Shown piece by piece: positions 1-13,378 of a stretch of DNA of 64,000 nt. A program made the translations under genes and the position numbers. The notes under the pieces were generated by a model. The model made no database searches, was not told the DNA's origin, and worked only from the letters and a program-made list of their open reading frames with translations. Position 1 is the first letter of the stretch, and every line of letters begins with the position of its first letter. Source of the DNA: Antedon mediterranea (Eukaryota > Animalia > Echinodermata); NCBI RefSeq assembly GCF_964355755.1, contig NC_092672.1, forward strand, positions 16,244,001 to 16,308,000, written 5' to 3'.

Positions 1-54
1 GTTTTTCAAGGCGAGAGAGGCAATACAATTACAAGAAAGAACTAAAACAGTCAA

Positions 55-74
55 ATGTCACTTCTTGGGAAACA
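55..74 (+). CDS. NSRP1: NSRP1 coding exon 1 (MSLLGK + 2 nt of the Q codon)
   Basis: ATG TCA CTT CTT GGG AAA CA|GTAAGT, a perfect donor. Phase 2 joins exon 2 to give MSLLGKQFGLI, which parallels the vertebrate NSRP1 N-terminus MAIPGRQYGLI. Confidence 0.8.
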
Positions 75-186
75 GTAAGTAGGGGCCCAGTTTGAGTAAT
101 ACTAGGGCTAGGCTAGTAGGCCTAGCTCTAGACCTAACTATTGAAATATTAATAGGCCTAGTTAGGACTAGGGTAGGCCTATAGGC

Positions 187-3007
187 GGATGCTAGTCAAG
201 TCGCCCCATCGCAAAGTCGCCCCATACAAAGTCGCCCCATACACAGTCGCCCCATCGCAAAGTCGCCCCAAAACAAAGTCGCCCTGACACAGTCGCCCCA
301 TTGCAAAGTCGCCCCATCGCAAAGTCGCCCCAACGCAAAGTCGCCCCATCGCAAAGTCGCCCCAACACAAAGTCGCCCCATCGCAAAGTCGCCCCAAAAC
401 GTTAAAAAATGGTTTAAAAGTGCGTAAAATGTCGCAATGATACACAAAATAACACGGAACGTGTAGGCATAAAAGGGGAAGCCCCGCCATGTAGTCTCAG
501 GTCACACGATCGGCACGATCGGCACGCTCCCCAATCATCAGAGAGGAAGCCCCCAACTAATCACTCCGCGGTCACACTAACGTGCTAGCTCTCACCAGAG
601 GGAAACCCCGTAATTACTCCGCCGTTGTCGCACTACAACGCACCATCTGAAGATGGGGAAACCCCGTCGGAGTTTTACGATGATATCAGTCGCGTTCGAA
701 ATCGGTGGCGTTTAATTTTGGTCGCGATAAAATGATGTTATACGATCTAGATTATTTTTACTTTGGTCGATGAATATTTATTATTATTAGGCCTATATTA
801 ATAATTGATTTTTGTATTTATTTTACACTGAGGTCTATGATGAGAGAAAGATGTGTGCCTTAAAAATGACAATTTGTAAACATAGTTTAAGATTATAGTA
901 AGCCTATTATTCAGCATAATGTCATTTTAATAACAGTACATATATTTAAATGTGAAATATTTTATAGGGAACGTAGGCTACGTCTGTGTCTTTTATTTTT
1001 TATATGCAACAAATTAGGTAAAACAATTTATTTATAAACATTCAGTTTACTATTATATACATAGTATTACAATGAACATTGATTATAAGCATGGAAATGC
1101 AATCCCATCATTATATCCATTATAAAATTGCATCATATCGCCACTATATGTCGTAAATGATGACGTACATGTGTATTCGTCGTACGTCCGTGTACGTATT
1201 ATTCCGTGCCTCTTCACTGTCTTGTTTATTAAAATTAAATAAACACCCGATATGAGGATATTTATTAGGCATGATAATTAGAATGTTCTATAACCAAAAG
1301 GGTTGAAAAGAATTTCTTCAGTAAAATGATCATTCTGCTGTTGAATAAAAAGCGACTCGCAATCTGAAACATTCTCTGAAACCAATCGGAGCTGCTCCTT
1401 CTGGTATCTGTTTCTACGTCTTTCTGCTGCCCGTCGGGGATTCCCCTTTTTAAAAAACGCGCACACGATAATCATACTGTACGATGGTTTTTCCATGGTC
1501 AAAATGTAGCGTTTTAATTTTACTAATATACCTGCATGTGTAAAACGATCATATCGGCGAAGAAATCCCCTTTTTTTTATTTCTTTATTTTGAAAAGTCA
1601 TAATTAAAATTAAATAACTATAGGCACATAACTTGTCAATACCGTACTGACGCGGGTATAAGCCCATACTCGGGTATAAGCCCACCCCCGACTTTTGACT
1701 AATTTTCATGAAAAATGAGGCACTCGGGTATAAGCCCACCCATTAATTCGAAGATCTACAGTGTGTGTCGTAATACATTATTTTGTATTTGGCGACGTCC
1801 ATACACCGAATACACCTACCTTTGATCATAACCAAGCTAGGCTAATATACGCTAGGCCATATGAGGCCTAGCGGTCCTGTTTTGTTTACACTCCATTGCG
1901 GTCGAAGATCGCTTCACACACGACGCTACAAGTCGCCAAAACGGAAAACCCCTATTTTAGTATTTGGTATCGGCTGCCATAAACAAGCTTATTAAATTTC
2001 TTTGGTACATTTCTATTTAACGAATATTGTATACTTGCTTTTCTGCTTGATAAATTCTTGTTCAATTGATGTTTAAAATAATATATTCTACGATAAATTA
2101 CACAAACTATAAGCTTAATTTTCCGACACTCTACACCTCGTGTATTTAGAGGCAACGTCGTACACGTGAGGGCGCTCGCTCGCATGGTGGAATACACAGT
2201 GTACATGTGCTGTTTTTGACGATCTGCATTTTTGGATCCTCGGGTATAAGCCCACCCCCCAAACTTGACGTGATTTCATGTTCGAGGGGGGTGGGCTTAT
2301 ACCCGCGTCAGTACGGAATGCAAAATGATCAATAAGTAGCCTATAAAACATTTATTGTCTTACAATGCTGTTATTGTTTTAACTACTGTAAATATACGAA
2401 GGCCTACTATTTATACACTTATTATATTATCCTAAAAAATGAGCTGGTATTCACGCGTAGGTTGAAGAAAGATTCGTAATTGTGGCTCTGGTAATTTTAA
2501 AATCATATTAAATTAACATTTTCGAAACTATAAATCAGGGATAATCTTTTCGAAATCTTTTTAGAACTTTCAAACAAGGGACTATTTTTTAATGATTTTT
2601 AAAAAGCACATCACTCCATTAAAACCTGTAAAATAAAAATTAAAACACAAATTATGTATAGGCCTATAATAGGATAAACATTATAATGTATACGACATTT
2701 AGCGCGACCAAAGTAACAACGCAATCGATATCAAACGCAACCGCTATATGATTAAAACAGCGTACTACTACTAGCGGCGGCACTTCCGAAATAAAACTGT
2801 GGGCGACTTTGAGATGGGGCGACTTTGCGTTGGGGCGACTTTGCGTTGGGGCGACTTTGCGATGGGGCGACTTTGTAATGGGGCGACTGTGCCGGAGCGA
2901 CTTTGTTTTGGGGCGACTTTGCGATGGGGCGACTTTGCGATGGGGCGACTTTGTATGGGGCGACTTTGTATGGGGCGACTTTGCGATGGGGCGACTTGAC
3001 TGGATCC
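187..3007. mobile_element. Non-autonomous foldback/Mutator-like (MULE, TU/Phantom-type) DNA transposon
   Basis: Inverted arms of tandem 16-bp units (AAAGTCGCCCCATCGC at ~195-396; reverse complement at ~2800-3000). GGAT...ATCC ends and a 9-bp TSD CCTATAGGC (178-186, 3008-3016). Confidence 0.85.
1642..2316. mobile_element. pogo/Tigger-like MITE (family A) nested in the foldback element
   Basis: TIR CCGTACTGACGCGGGTATAAGCCCA at both ends, TA on the left flank, repeated GGGTATAAGCCCA subterminal motifs. Confidence 0.8.
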
Positions 3008-3079
3008 CCTATAGGCTAGGCTAGCGCCTAAAGCTAGGTCTTGCCTAGGCTAGGTAAGGTTAGGCCCCTAGTAATATTC

Positions 3080-3270
3080 GGGGAACAGACGATCGGGACG
3101 ATCGGGCCCAAGACGATCGAACCCAGAAAACGTGGTCCCGATCGTCTTCAGCGTTGGGCCCGATCGTCATACCAGTTGGGCCCGATCGTCCAGTGTTTTT
3201 AGAACCACGTTGGGCCCGATCGTCTTACCAGTTGGTCCCGATCGTCTAATAGCGTTGGCCCCGATAGTCT
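3080..3270. repeat. Cluster of GGGCCCGATCGTC motifs in both orientations (probable arm of another foldback element)
   Basis: About 9 copies of GACGATCGGG/CCCGATCGTC, with more copies near 3550-3590 and 9220. Confidence 0.5.
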
Positions 3271-4438
3271 TTTGTGTTATATAAAATAATGTGCCACATT
3301 TCATCATTTTTCATTCCTAGTGCTTAGTGCCAACGTGCTTTTCTTGCGTAATTAAGATTTTAATTAAAAAGGTTATAAATTAGATTTTTTTCTGATTTAT
3401 CATAATTTTCCCCTAATTAACACAACTGGTTTTAAGAATTTCTTACCAATACTCTCGATTTATGAATAAATGTGATTGATTTTGATTGTTATTATTGTGT
3501 TGTTTGTATTCGCATATTTATTTTTTTAAATTTTCCGAGAATGTTTTGGGCCCGATTCATTGTCTTGTTTGCTGGGCCCGATCGTCTTTCACCCTTGATG
3601 GGATATTTTTCAATTTATCTTTCAGCATTTGAATAGTGTTCAGTTTGAAAGAGTATTATATTCATAAGCATTTTAAACTTTAAATCAACAATAAAATTGA
3701 TTGAGTATTTCGAAAGTTATGAATAAAGATACGATACCGTATCCAAATTTCCGTCTACTAAAGGTACGGTAAAATTGCATTACGTCATAATCTGCCAATG
3801 GGGTGCTGGTACGTGTGTGACGTCATCATATAAGGATTTTGGATTTTTTTCACATCGCGTCTGTAGAGAATGCCTATCGACGGCGCCAGGCTGCATGGAT
3901 GTGTGCGCTGATGATTCTGTGACTCAGCCTCGGGGCTAGACCTAACAATGTTGAATCCAGAATTGTTGAATCCAGAATCGTCGATTCTGTAGTAATAGAG
4001 CAAGATAATGGGTTGGTGGACGGTACATAAAGTGTTCAAAACATGCACTCAATCTCAAATATTATTTCATTATACAACATTTAATTAAAACTTCAATAAC
4101 GCGACCAGTTGATACGGTTGGCCGGCTGCCGAGACTAAACATGGAGGTTGCGTAGCGAAACATTGACACTGAGATGTCAATTTACTATTATTTTTTGCTT
4201 TTTTTTAGTGTTTATCCTTAAAATTCATGAAAGTGATATAGCCTATCGTGTGCGGCCCATCAAGAAACATTCAGCAGTGCATGTAATAAGAGATATGTAA
4301 AATTACGCGATAAATTTAGTAGCAGTAATATAGATAATAGCAAACCAGTATACAGTAGCCACAGCTATGTACATATACATTCAGCCATACCCCGGCGAGA
4401 GTCTAGCTATCCAATCGAATTGGAACAATGCAATGAAA

Positions 4439-4511
4439 GCCCCAGTGGTCTAATGGTTAGAACATCTGCATATCAAGCAGAAGGTTCCGGGTTCGAATCT
4501 CACTTAGGGCT
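4439..4511 (+). pseudogene. tRNA-like sequence (Asp-like ATC anticodon); pseudo-tRNA or SINE head
   Basis: GCCC...GGGC acceptor stem, A box TGGTCTAATGG, anticodon arm TCTGC-ATATCAA-GCAGA, B box GGTTCGAATC. T and acceptor stems are imperfect. Confidence 0.6.
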
Positions 4512-5220
4512 TTCTCTCATTCTCACAGGTTTCCTTATTTTTATTGTTTCTAATTAATTAAATTTCATTATATCACCGGACGGATTAGAATTTATTTTGT
4601 GCCTGTGATGTTTATATACTGTATAATATAAATTCAAAGGCAAATTACTGAAAAAATGACAATGCTGTGGTTATCAGCGGCGGGATCTCAATGGAGATAC
4701 AAAAAAGGCGAAAAGCTAAATCAAAACGATAAATTAAAACAGCCAAAAAAGTTAGCAGAGCTTTCGGGCAACACTAGCCCTTCATCTGTATATATATGTG
4801 TATGTGTGTGTGTGTGTGTTAAAAATAGGCGCCATCTTGGTTTTCAACATGGCGGCTGTTTACAGCTTTAATATCAATATATTTGAAATCCTCAGTCTCC
4901 CAAACATAGGTATAGACATCATTTTTAACTTGCTACGTCAATTAAAAGTCAAGTTATAAGCCAAAATAAGTCTGAAATGGCAGCCATTTTTTTTTCACAT
5001 TTTAAGGGTGAAGATCTAAAAATTGAACCGGGTAAACAGCAGATTTGAATTCAGCACCCCGAAATTACCCTAAAACACATGTTTTTTTGCTTTTAACACG
5101 AAATGTCTACACCATTTCATTTTTCTCAAATCTGGACTAGTTTATACACTACACTACAGTAGAAATATGTTGATAGCCATATTAGAAAATGTAAAATAAA
5201 TGTTGGAAATTGTGTTGCAT

Positions 5221-5240
5221 CAAAGAATATATATTCTTTG
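5221..5240. mobile_element. 20-bp remnant of a P-like element (two fused termini)
   Basis: Palindrome CAAAGAATATATATTCTTTG matches the ends of the element at 37672-38508. It is flanked by GTTGCAT/GTTGCGT (7-bp TSD, 1 mismatch). Confidence 0.75.
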
Positions 5241-7918
5241 GTTGCGTCTAGTTCATTTGTCCATAGTTACTATGAGGGTTTTATTTTTCCAAATGGCCTA
5301 TTTAGGCCTATATTTTTTAATAAACTTTGTTTACAGATGGTGACCATTAACAAAAAGCAAATGCGGACAATAAAGGGCCCCTCAAATACTATGATTTAGA
5401 CAATAGGCCTAGCCCCAGGTCTTAGTCACAGAAATCAGCACACACATGCAAACAAACTCATATACCGAAGCTATAGGTTATAGCATGGTTATAGTACATA
5501 GTAGGCGCCTCTTTTGAAACGGTATATTTCTGTATTCTAAAATTAAAATCAACATGTTTTGGCCTATCAATAATTACAGACGTAGGCCTAGGCTACATTT
5601 ACTTTTTGTCACACGACGGGGATATTTTATAATAGCGATAAATGAAGCATAAAGAAAATGTTAAGCCGCCGGTTGATGGGTGTGTAGAAAGCGATGACAA
5701 CGAATTGGACGACCCCAACGACCCGGGCGACCTCGAATTGGACGACCTAGAATTGGACAACCCATAACACGAAACCGACTACCCCTATAGCCTAGCCTAG
5801 CCTAGACCTATGTGTGGTATAACATCCCGAAGCCGAACATAGCCAAAGATCTTTAAACCATACCTTATATAATACTCGCAAGCAAGCAATTGATTGAAAA
5901 AATACAGAAATATCGCCATTTGATACTGAATGTGTCGACACGGGTAATCTCTTCTTCCTCGGTCACATTTGCCTCATTTTAATATATGTCACGCTAGGCT
6001 GAACAACACTCTCATGAATAATAAACAGTTGATTACGTCATACTATACAACTGGGATTTTACCTCTTGAATATTCAATAACAATTTTAAAGACCATGATG
6101 TCATTTAAATTCCATCTGAACTAACTCATCCCAAATTTATGTGATGAGGTCATAATTAAGGCACCTTAAAGTGGAGCTCCACCCAGAAAATTACTATTTT
6201 TCATACATTTCAACTATTATTAAAAAATATCCCTCATACTTCATATTTTTTTGAATTTTTTTCAATGAGTATGATTTTCTTGAAAATCACGCCTTTTTGC
6301 GTTTTGGGGGGGGATACCTTGTAATTTCCTATTCTTTTACATCCAAAAGGGGGGTATATTTGAATAATCCTAAAAAATTAATTTGTTCACTAAAAAAAAA
6401 ATTTTAAATGTACTTTTATGTAATTTTTCCAGATCTTTATATTTCTGGTATTTTTATCGCGTATACATTGCGCAATTTGCGTAAATAGACACATTCCCCC
6501 GTTCGGGTCCAATTGGGTTTTTTATTTCGCTAGGGAGTATGATCACGTGACATTTTTCACAATCACACAGCTGGCGATCTCTATTTGTAGCGGTATTATT
6601 TTTGACAGGCGAAAAGTATATTAAAACATTCTGAATGTGACCCTATCATGTTTCACAGTGGAATAATGTGATTATGAGACTATTACTAAAATGTCAAATT
6701 TTATTTATTTATTTATTTTATTTTATTTAATTATTCATTTCCCAACCAACAGTGAGCTCATGGTTCACCACTTACAAGAGGGAACGAGATTTTGAGAAAG
6801 ACGTGGCTATATATTCAATAAAGTTAGGCCTAGGCCTACTAGAGTGTAGGTATGTACCGATGCTGCTTGGCCTCTAGCTAGGCTGACAGCAGTGAAGTTT
6901 GTTCTGCTGACACCCAACCTCGGCCTACCCATGGGCTATGATAGGGTGCCTGAATAGTTGCTTTTCAGTTATAGGCCTAAGCTTCCACATCGCTTATACT
7001 ACTCTTTACTTCTCTTGTTCTGTATAGGATTTTGTGTTTCACAATTCTTAATGTGCGAGAAAACCCAGAAACGATAAATGGGGCGAAACGATCAAGCATT
7101 TTCAAACCCTTGAATGCAAAGGCCTAGACAAAAATTCAAGGCTGAGCAGACGGCTTAGCTAGGCCTAGGCCTAGCTTAAGTTAATAAGCAATCTGATATG
7201 ATTATTATGCTGTTGTTGTACAGTGCAAATGTGACCGAGGAAGAAGAGATTACTGTCGACATGAACAAACGAACAGATATGGAACGCCAAGAGTGCATCA
7301 TTAAAACTGCATTCGACTCGATTAGCACACGAAATATCATAAACATGGTAAACCAGGTCAAAACGGCCTCTTTTTAAGCGGCAGGTAAGGTTTGACCGTA
7401 TACAATGCATGCGTGAAATGTAATGCTTTCTTATGGCCCTCCCCATGCACATGTTCGCAACACGCTGCTTGGTAGGCCTATAGTGTTCGTTATAAAAAGA
7501 CGAGTATGTAATTATACGTCCATGGTTTAACCATGTACCGTAATGTATAATATTTATTTCTTTTTAATTTATTTTTAATATGTTTGTCGAAATACCATCT
7601 TTGTTTACAGGCATGTCTGCCACAAGCATCTGATTTTGGATCATGCCTTCTTCAATTTAATTAATCTTGTTTATCTCCATTTGTAAACTGCTTTTATTTG
7701 ATAAAAATAAATTGATTGTGTGATTGGTTATAGAACATAATAAACATAACGTATTATGAACAATGCTCAATAGATTGATGCACTCTTGGCGTTCCATATC
7801 TGTTCGTTTGTTCGTGTCGACACATTCCACATTTAGTATCAAATGGCGATAGTGTATGTTCGGCTTCGGGATGTTATACTATACTTATTAAGCCTAGGCT
7901 AGGCTAGGCTAGGCTATA

Positions 7919-10900
7919 TTGATTGATTGATTTCTTTATTAACTGAGTCAACACAGATACATACAATAAAAACATGTAAACAATTAAAATCAGTACAACA
8001 GACTCGAGTTAAAAGAAACAAATTACACAGATTCCTTATACAAAAAAGAGATTAGATTAACAGTTAAAATCCAAAATGTAAAATACGAAATATTTTAAAC
8101 TAATAGTAAAATATTTAAAATTTGTATAAAATGCTTTAAAAAAAAAAAAAAAAATTAAAAATACAATGATTTTAGAGTCTGTTTAAAAGAGTTTATGTTC
8201 GACGATTTCTTGATATAAAGAGGAAGATTGTTCCATGCTTTAATAGCGTTAAAATAAAACGTTTTGCTAACACATCCTTTAATTATTGGGATACGGAAAT
8301 TACACATAGGGCTACTTCTGGTCACCCTCTCATGAAAATCCCTGATAAGTGTAAAATGCTCATTTAGGTACAATGGAGCAGTGTCGTTAAAAATCTTAAA
8401 AACATAGCATAAACTTAAAAAATTAAACCTATTTACCACATTTAAAGGGGGATTCTGGGTTTAAAATTGCTTTTAAATATCGTTTATTTATTAAATAAAA
8501 AATATTATAACAATATAGACATGTCAGACTGAAGAAGTAATAACGAGAAATTAAAAAAATTAAATTTCATATACATTTTAGGGTAAATTCATGGAAAGTC
8601 TGTTTTTCAGCAGCTTTGGGAAGCTCATTAATATTCATGAGATATTCACAAAATCACGTCATCAGTGGATTCCAAACTCGTGACGTCATGTACGTTGTGT
8701 TTGTCAATTAATTTACATCTCTCTCCCCTGTCAAATGACGACCACCCGATCATTGTGAAATACATTTTTTTTGTAGATTTTCTAAGCTAGGCCTAAAGTG
8801 TAATAATAACAGTAGTACCATTTATTTGACATTTAATAAAATACAAAATTTAATACAGATTACGGTCATAAATTATATACTATTTTTATACCTCGAATAG
8901 TACAGACAGATCGTATTATTATCGGCTTCGAATCACGTACTAGGTTAGGCCTAGCCTAAATCATTTTTTTTGTCATGGGTGAGAGCCATTCTGACTAGGG
9001 ATTCCATGCCATGATGGCTACGTTAAAACATTGGGGCCCATCATGGGCCTAGCTAGACTATTACTAAACGATTGGCCCATAAATAACAAAACTCAGTGAA
9101 TTCCAAAACCCATCCTATCAACCAAACTCCTAAACAATCTAAACCTAAAACATTCTACAAAATCGGCTGTAAATATTGAGGCAAAACAAGGTCCGATCGC
9201 CGTCCGCACGTATGGTGTCCCGATCGTCTAAAGTAGGCCTAAAATAGGCCTAGCCTAGTTTACTCTCCAAAAATTGCATCAAGCAAGTAGACCAGGTAGT
9301 AGGAAGGAGACCTAGCCGATCCGGCCCAGTTAAAAATTGAGCTAGCTAGTGTAGTAGACCCTATGCGAATTGATACTACCAGGCCTTTTACTCCCGCTTT
9401 TACTATAGGCTACACTTGTTAAAATTAGCAATACTTATGTTTACAAATATTCCAACTCTCTCATTCGAGCTATATTATCTATACCATTCCGGTAGGTCGA
9501 GCCGACCTTCAATCAAATACTGTTATGTATGTACATCGTTCATGTTGTGATTATAGACGGGGTATACTTGACCCGACCAGTTTGGTATTGTATACTGTAT
9601 CTGCTTATCACGTGACGATGCCAGGCATGGGCAGAGAGAGCATGTGTAATCGTCGTCTCGCTCTCCTCGCTCAGCAGGAATGTATACGTTACGGTTACGC
9701 TTCATTGATTTTGAAGGCTTTCCCTAAGTCAGTGCGAAAATCGGCAAACGTAAAGTGCAAACATATCTAATTTTTCACTGTTTTGATGAATTTTCATAGA
9801 AAATTGACTTTATAAATGGGAAGACTGACTAAAATTACATCAGATAAGTATAATTTTACAAAAGTAATTGATATGGTTAATGATAACGAGTCGTCGGAAG
9901 ATTGACCATTTCACAAATTTCCTATTCTGTAACACAGTGTCATATCGCCGTAGCTGCACTTGTAATCTGGCCTCATTTCACAGCCTTTGTTCTGCTTCAC
10001 TGGGCGCTTATATAAATTGAAACTTTTACCGTTCAAGAGACAAACAAATATATTTTACATTTTTTACTATTCATTTTAAACCCGGAACCCCCCTTTAAAT
10101 GTCTTAATTCTTGAAGTTCCGATTGGCCAACATGAGATCTAACATTAGATTGATTAATAAACCTAACTATTTTATTTTGAGATGTTTGAAGTTTTTAGAG
10201 GCTGTGATACATCGTAACACCATCGAAGAGCGGTTGGAGTAAAGCGGAACATAGTAGTTTTCTATTAAACTTATCTAGATTTTTATTTTGCCTACAGGTA
10301 CAAAAATTTAAGGCGGCTATTTATTTTATTAATTATAGAATTGGCTATTAGGTCACCAGAAGCCTGTTGGTCTATTTTTACACCTAGATAATTTATCTTT
10401 GCTGGCTACAATGTCTTGACCAAATGCATTTAATTTAAAATTAACATTGTTTAGACGTCGTTTAGTACCAAATATGATACTCTCAGTTTTTCCGGCGTGC
10501 ATCGTGAGACCATTGTCAACTAACCAGTCATTGCAGTTATTTAAACAATCGTTCAATTTAGCTTCAATAATATTAGGATTTGGATCGCTATACAAAATAG
10601 CACAATCGTCGGCATAAAGTAAAAATTACATTGAGGATCTATTGATGTAACAATGTCATTAATATACACTAAGAAAAGTAGGGGGCCCAGAATACTACCC
10701 TGTGGCACCCCATGTTCTATGCTATTATGACCCGACGTTGCATTCTTAACAGCAACATATTGTTTTCTGTATGATAAATAAGACCGGAACCAGCCAGTGG
10801 AATCACAGCCTATATCATACAATTTTTTACATATAATGCCATGATCAACTGAATCAAAGGCTTTACGTATGTCCAACAAAATCATCCTGGTAAGTTGACC

Positions 10901-12110
10901 ATTAGCCATTTTTTATTTAACATGGTCGATGAGATGAATGAGACAGGTCTCAGTTGAGAAACCTTCTCTGAAGCCAGATTGTAGGCTATATATCAGATTG
11001 TTGTTTTTAAGATGATTAGCTAGTTGGATATACGTTGCCCTTTCAAGAACTTTAGAAGCAGTGCATAAAACGCTAACAGGTCGATAGTTATTGGGGTCCA
11101 TACGATCACCCTTTTTGTAAATAGGCTTAACTTTAGCCAGTTTAAAGTCATCAGGTACATTATTACTAACAATTGATGCATTAATTACATGTGTCACTGT
11201 CAGTGGAAGGTTGAGGATACCTGCCCCATCTCGTAAGAAACGAGCAGGAATTTCATCAGGGCCAGCACCTTTACTAACATTTAATCTGCTTACTATTCAG
11301 CGTGTACAAAATCATCACTAACAGGCTCCAGTTTAAATCTAATTATGTTTTTATCATAATAGTTTTTAAATTTTGCTGAATGTGGGTTATATAAATTTTT
11401 CCTAGGAGGAAGGTTTTTTTTAAGGTTGTTAGCAATATCAGCAAAAAAATTGTTAAAACGAGTTGCAATGTCTTTGGGATCATGTAAAATTTCACCCCCT
11501 TCGTTTTTGAGAACTAGATTAGAATCATCTTTATAGTTATTTTTGTAACCTAAGCTACTTAAGGTAGACCATAACTGTTTTGGATTAGATTTACATTGAG
11601 ATATTTTGTTAATGAAAAATTCAGACTTTTCATTTTTGACTGATCTTTGAACTTCATTTCTTAATTTACAGTACTTCTTATAGTTCAGTTTGAGTTTGGT
11701 TCTTTCGAAATTCTTTGAATAGTCTATATCTTTCATGAATCAAACTTAGAATTTCGGCCGTCATCCAATCTTCGGTCTTGTCTTTGATACGTATGCGCCT
11801 TAGTGGGGCATGTTTCTCGATCGCAATTAGGAGAAGTTTTTTATATAACATCCAAGAGTCATTTGCATTTGTAGCATTGTAAACGCTGGACCAGTCAGTT
11901 TTTGACAAGGTATCATTGAATGATGCAATGTCGTAATTTTTCAACGCCCGAATTGATGCGAATTTTTATTCATTCAGTTTAATTCTATTGCGTTTTCTTT
12001 TTCTGATACAGTACGTAATGAGATGGTCACTAAGACCAATGTTTATTGATGCAAAGTATGTGATCAATCAGTGTTGACATGTTATCGGTTATCCTAGTTG
12101 GTTCTTGAAT
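7919..12110 (-). mobile_element. 5'-truncated, degenerate CR1/L2-group LINE (end of APE plus RT), interrupted by a Kolobok element
   Basis: Frameshifted ORFs carry [48 protein letters not shown] and WNNLP. The 3' end has AATAAA plus an (AATC)n tail at ~7920. Confidence 0.92.
8446..10094. mobile_element. Kolobok-type non-autonomous DNA transposon inserted in the LINE
   Basis: TIR AGGGGG(A/G)TTC(T/C)GGGTTTAAAAT, AG...CT ends, TTAA TSD (8442-8445, 10095-10098). LINE sequence resumes on both sides. Confidence 0.85.
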
Positions 12111-12112
12111 AA

Positions 12113-12164
12113 GTTGGGGCTTGACGTGGGGCCGAGACGGTTTGGGGCCGACTTGACCTGCACC
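12113..12164 (-). mobile_element. Isolated terminus of the MULE family seen at 41088
   Basis: Reverse complement of GGTGCAGGTCAAGTCGGCCCCAAACCGTCTCGGCC, the left end at 41088. It abuts the LINE 5' truncation point. Confidence 0.7.
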
Positions 12165-12285
12165 CCTAGCTACTACTACTAGGCTAGGCCTACTCTATGG
12201 TAGGCGTAGCCCATCATAGATAGGAGATAGTACACTAGCCAGTACAGCTGTACTCTGGGCTAGCTAGGCTTCCTATACTAACTAA

Positions 12286-13378
12286 TACCCCTTTTACACT
12301 ATCACTGTAACAGCGGTGTAACCCCGCAGTTGTTAGTACACCGGGCCGTTAAACTCCGGTGTTGTGGTTTTTATTGACTGGTGTAAATGGGAAAATCCAA
12401 TCTCCCCGGGGTGAAACGAAGCTGAATGTTTTCCGGTGTACCTTCTCCGGTGTAGTCGAATCTACATCGGAGACACGAAGTGTAAACGGTTTTTGTGGTT
12501 CAACACCGAGCTGTTAAAGGTCATTGACATGAAAATTTAACATGTTGTCACAGAAATACAATATATTATGCAAACAAAATAGGTTTTTTTGCTTAAAACA
12601 ATAATTGTACGATATGTTGTGCTGTTCGTTATTTTCTTTTAAAGGCACAAACAAATTTATGACTTTTCTTTTCTGCTGAAAATATTGAAATGTTCGTGTG
12701 CATTCTACCTTACCAGAAAGCCTAAAATAATGTAATATTGTGTAACTCTGCCCTGGTGGCCGATTCTATGTAGGCTTAATTATTGAAAAAGGGAAAAATA
12801 TATATAATACTGACGTCTCAATGGATGAAAATGATATCTTTTTTAGGAACTGAAAAAGTACCATATAATAATTTTCCTTCATTGATTGTTATGCTAATTA
12901 ACAAATACATTTTTTATTTTAAATACTTACCGTACCTACCCTATTTTTACTGCAACCTAACAATTTAGGGCCTATTTAATGTATGTACAGTCTACAAGGC
13001 GGAAATGCAGTCATTTTAAAAAGAAAAATAATTGTTAGGCCCTAATTTTTAAAATAATAAATGATAATCTTAATAGCCACAAAGAAAATATAACACTGGA
13101 CTATATTCAAAATTAAATAAATTGTGTGTAAATTCGGATTATTATGTTTTTATATGAGATTTGTCGATATGTTCCAGTGTTTAAACGTTTAAACCATAGT
13201 CAGTTAAGTTCCACGTGTGCGCTTGCAATAGTAATTTGATTGACAGCACCGGGGTGATCGATGTAGTGTAAATGGGCGCAACTCGAGTTCATCTCGCAGT
13301 TTTTTTGGCTAGTGTAAATGGAAATTGCCTCCGAGTTCAACTCGTGTTCCTCTCTCAGTCGATAGTGTAAAAAGGGTA
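12286..13378. mobile_element. PIF/Harbinger-like MITE
   Basis: TIR TACCC(C/T)TTTTACACTATC, TAA TSD on both sides, repeated GTGTAAA/TACACC subterminal motifs. Confidence 0.75.

Noticed and set aside
179-490. Periodic ORFs (GDFAMGRLC...), also at 2799-3024 and 41053-41280
   Set aside because: Translation artefacts of 16-bp tandem repeats in the MULE arms.
640-675. CTGAAGA...GAAA...GTC hammerhead-like string
   Set aside because: There is no room for stem II and no stem I pairing; it is explained by local hairpins.
1278-1739. 153-aa ORF with RRAAERRR
   Set aside because: It spans a MITE junction and has no convincing domain.
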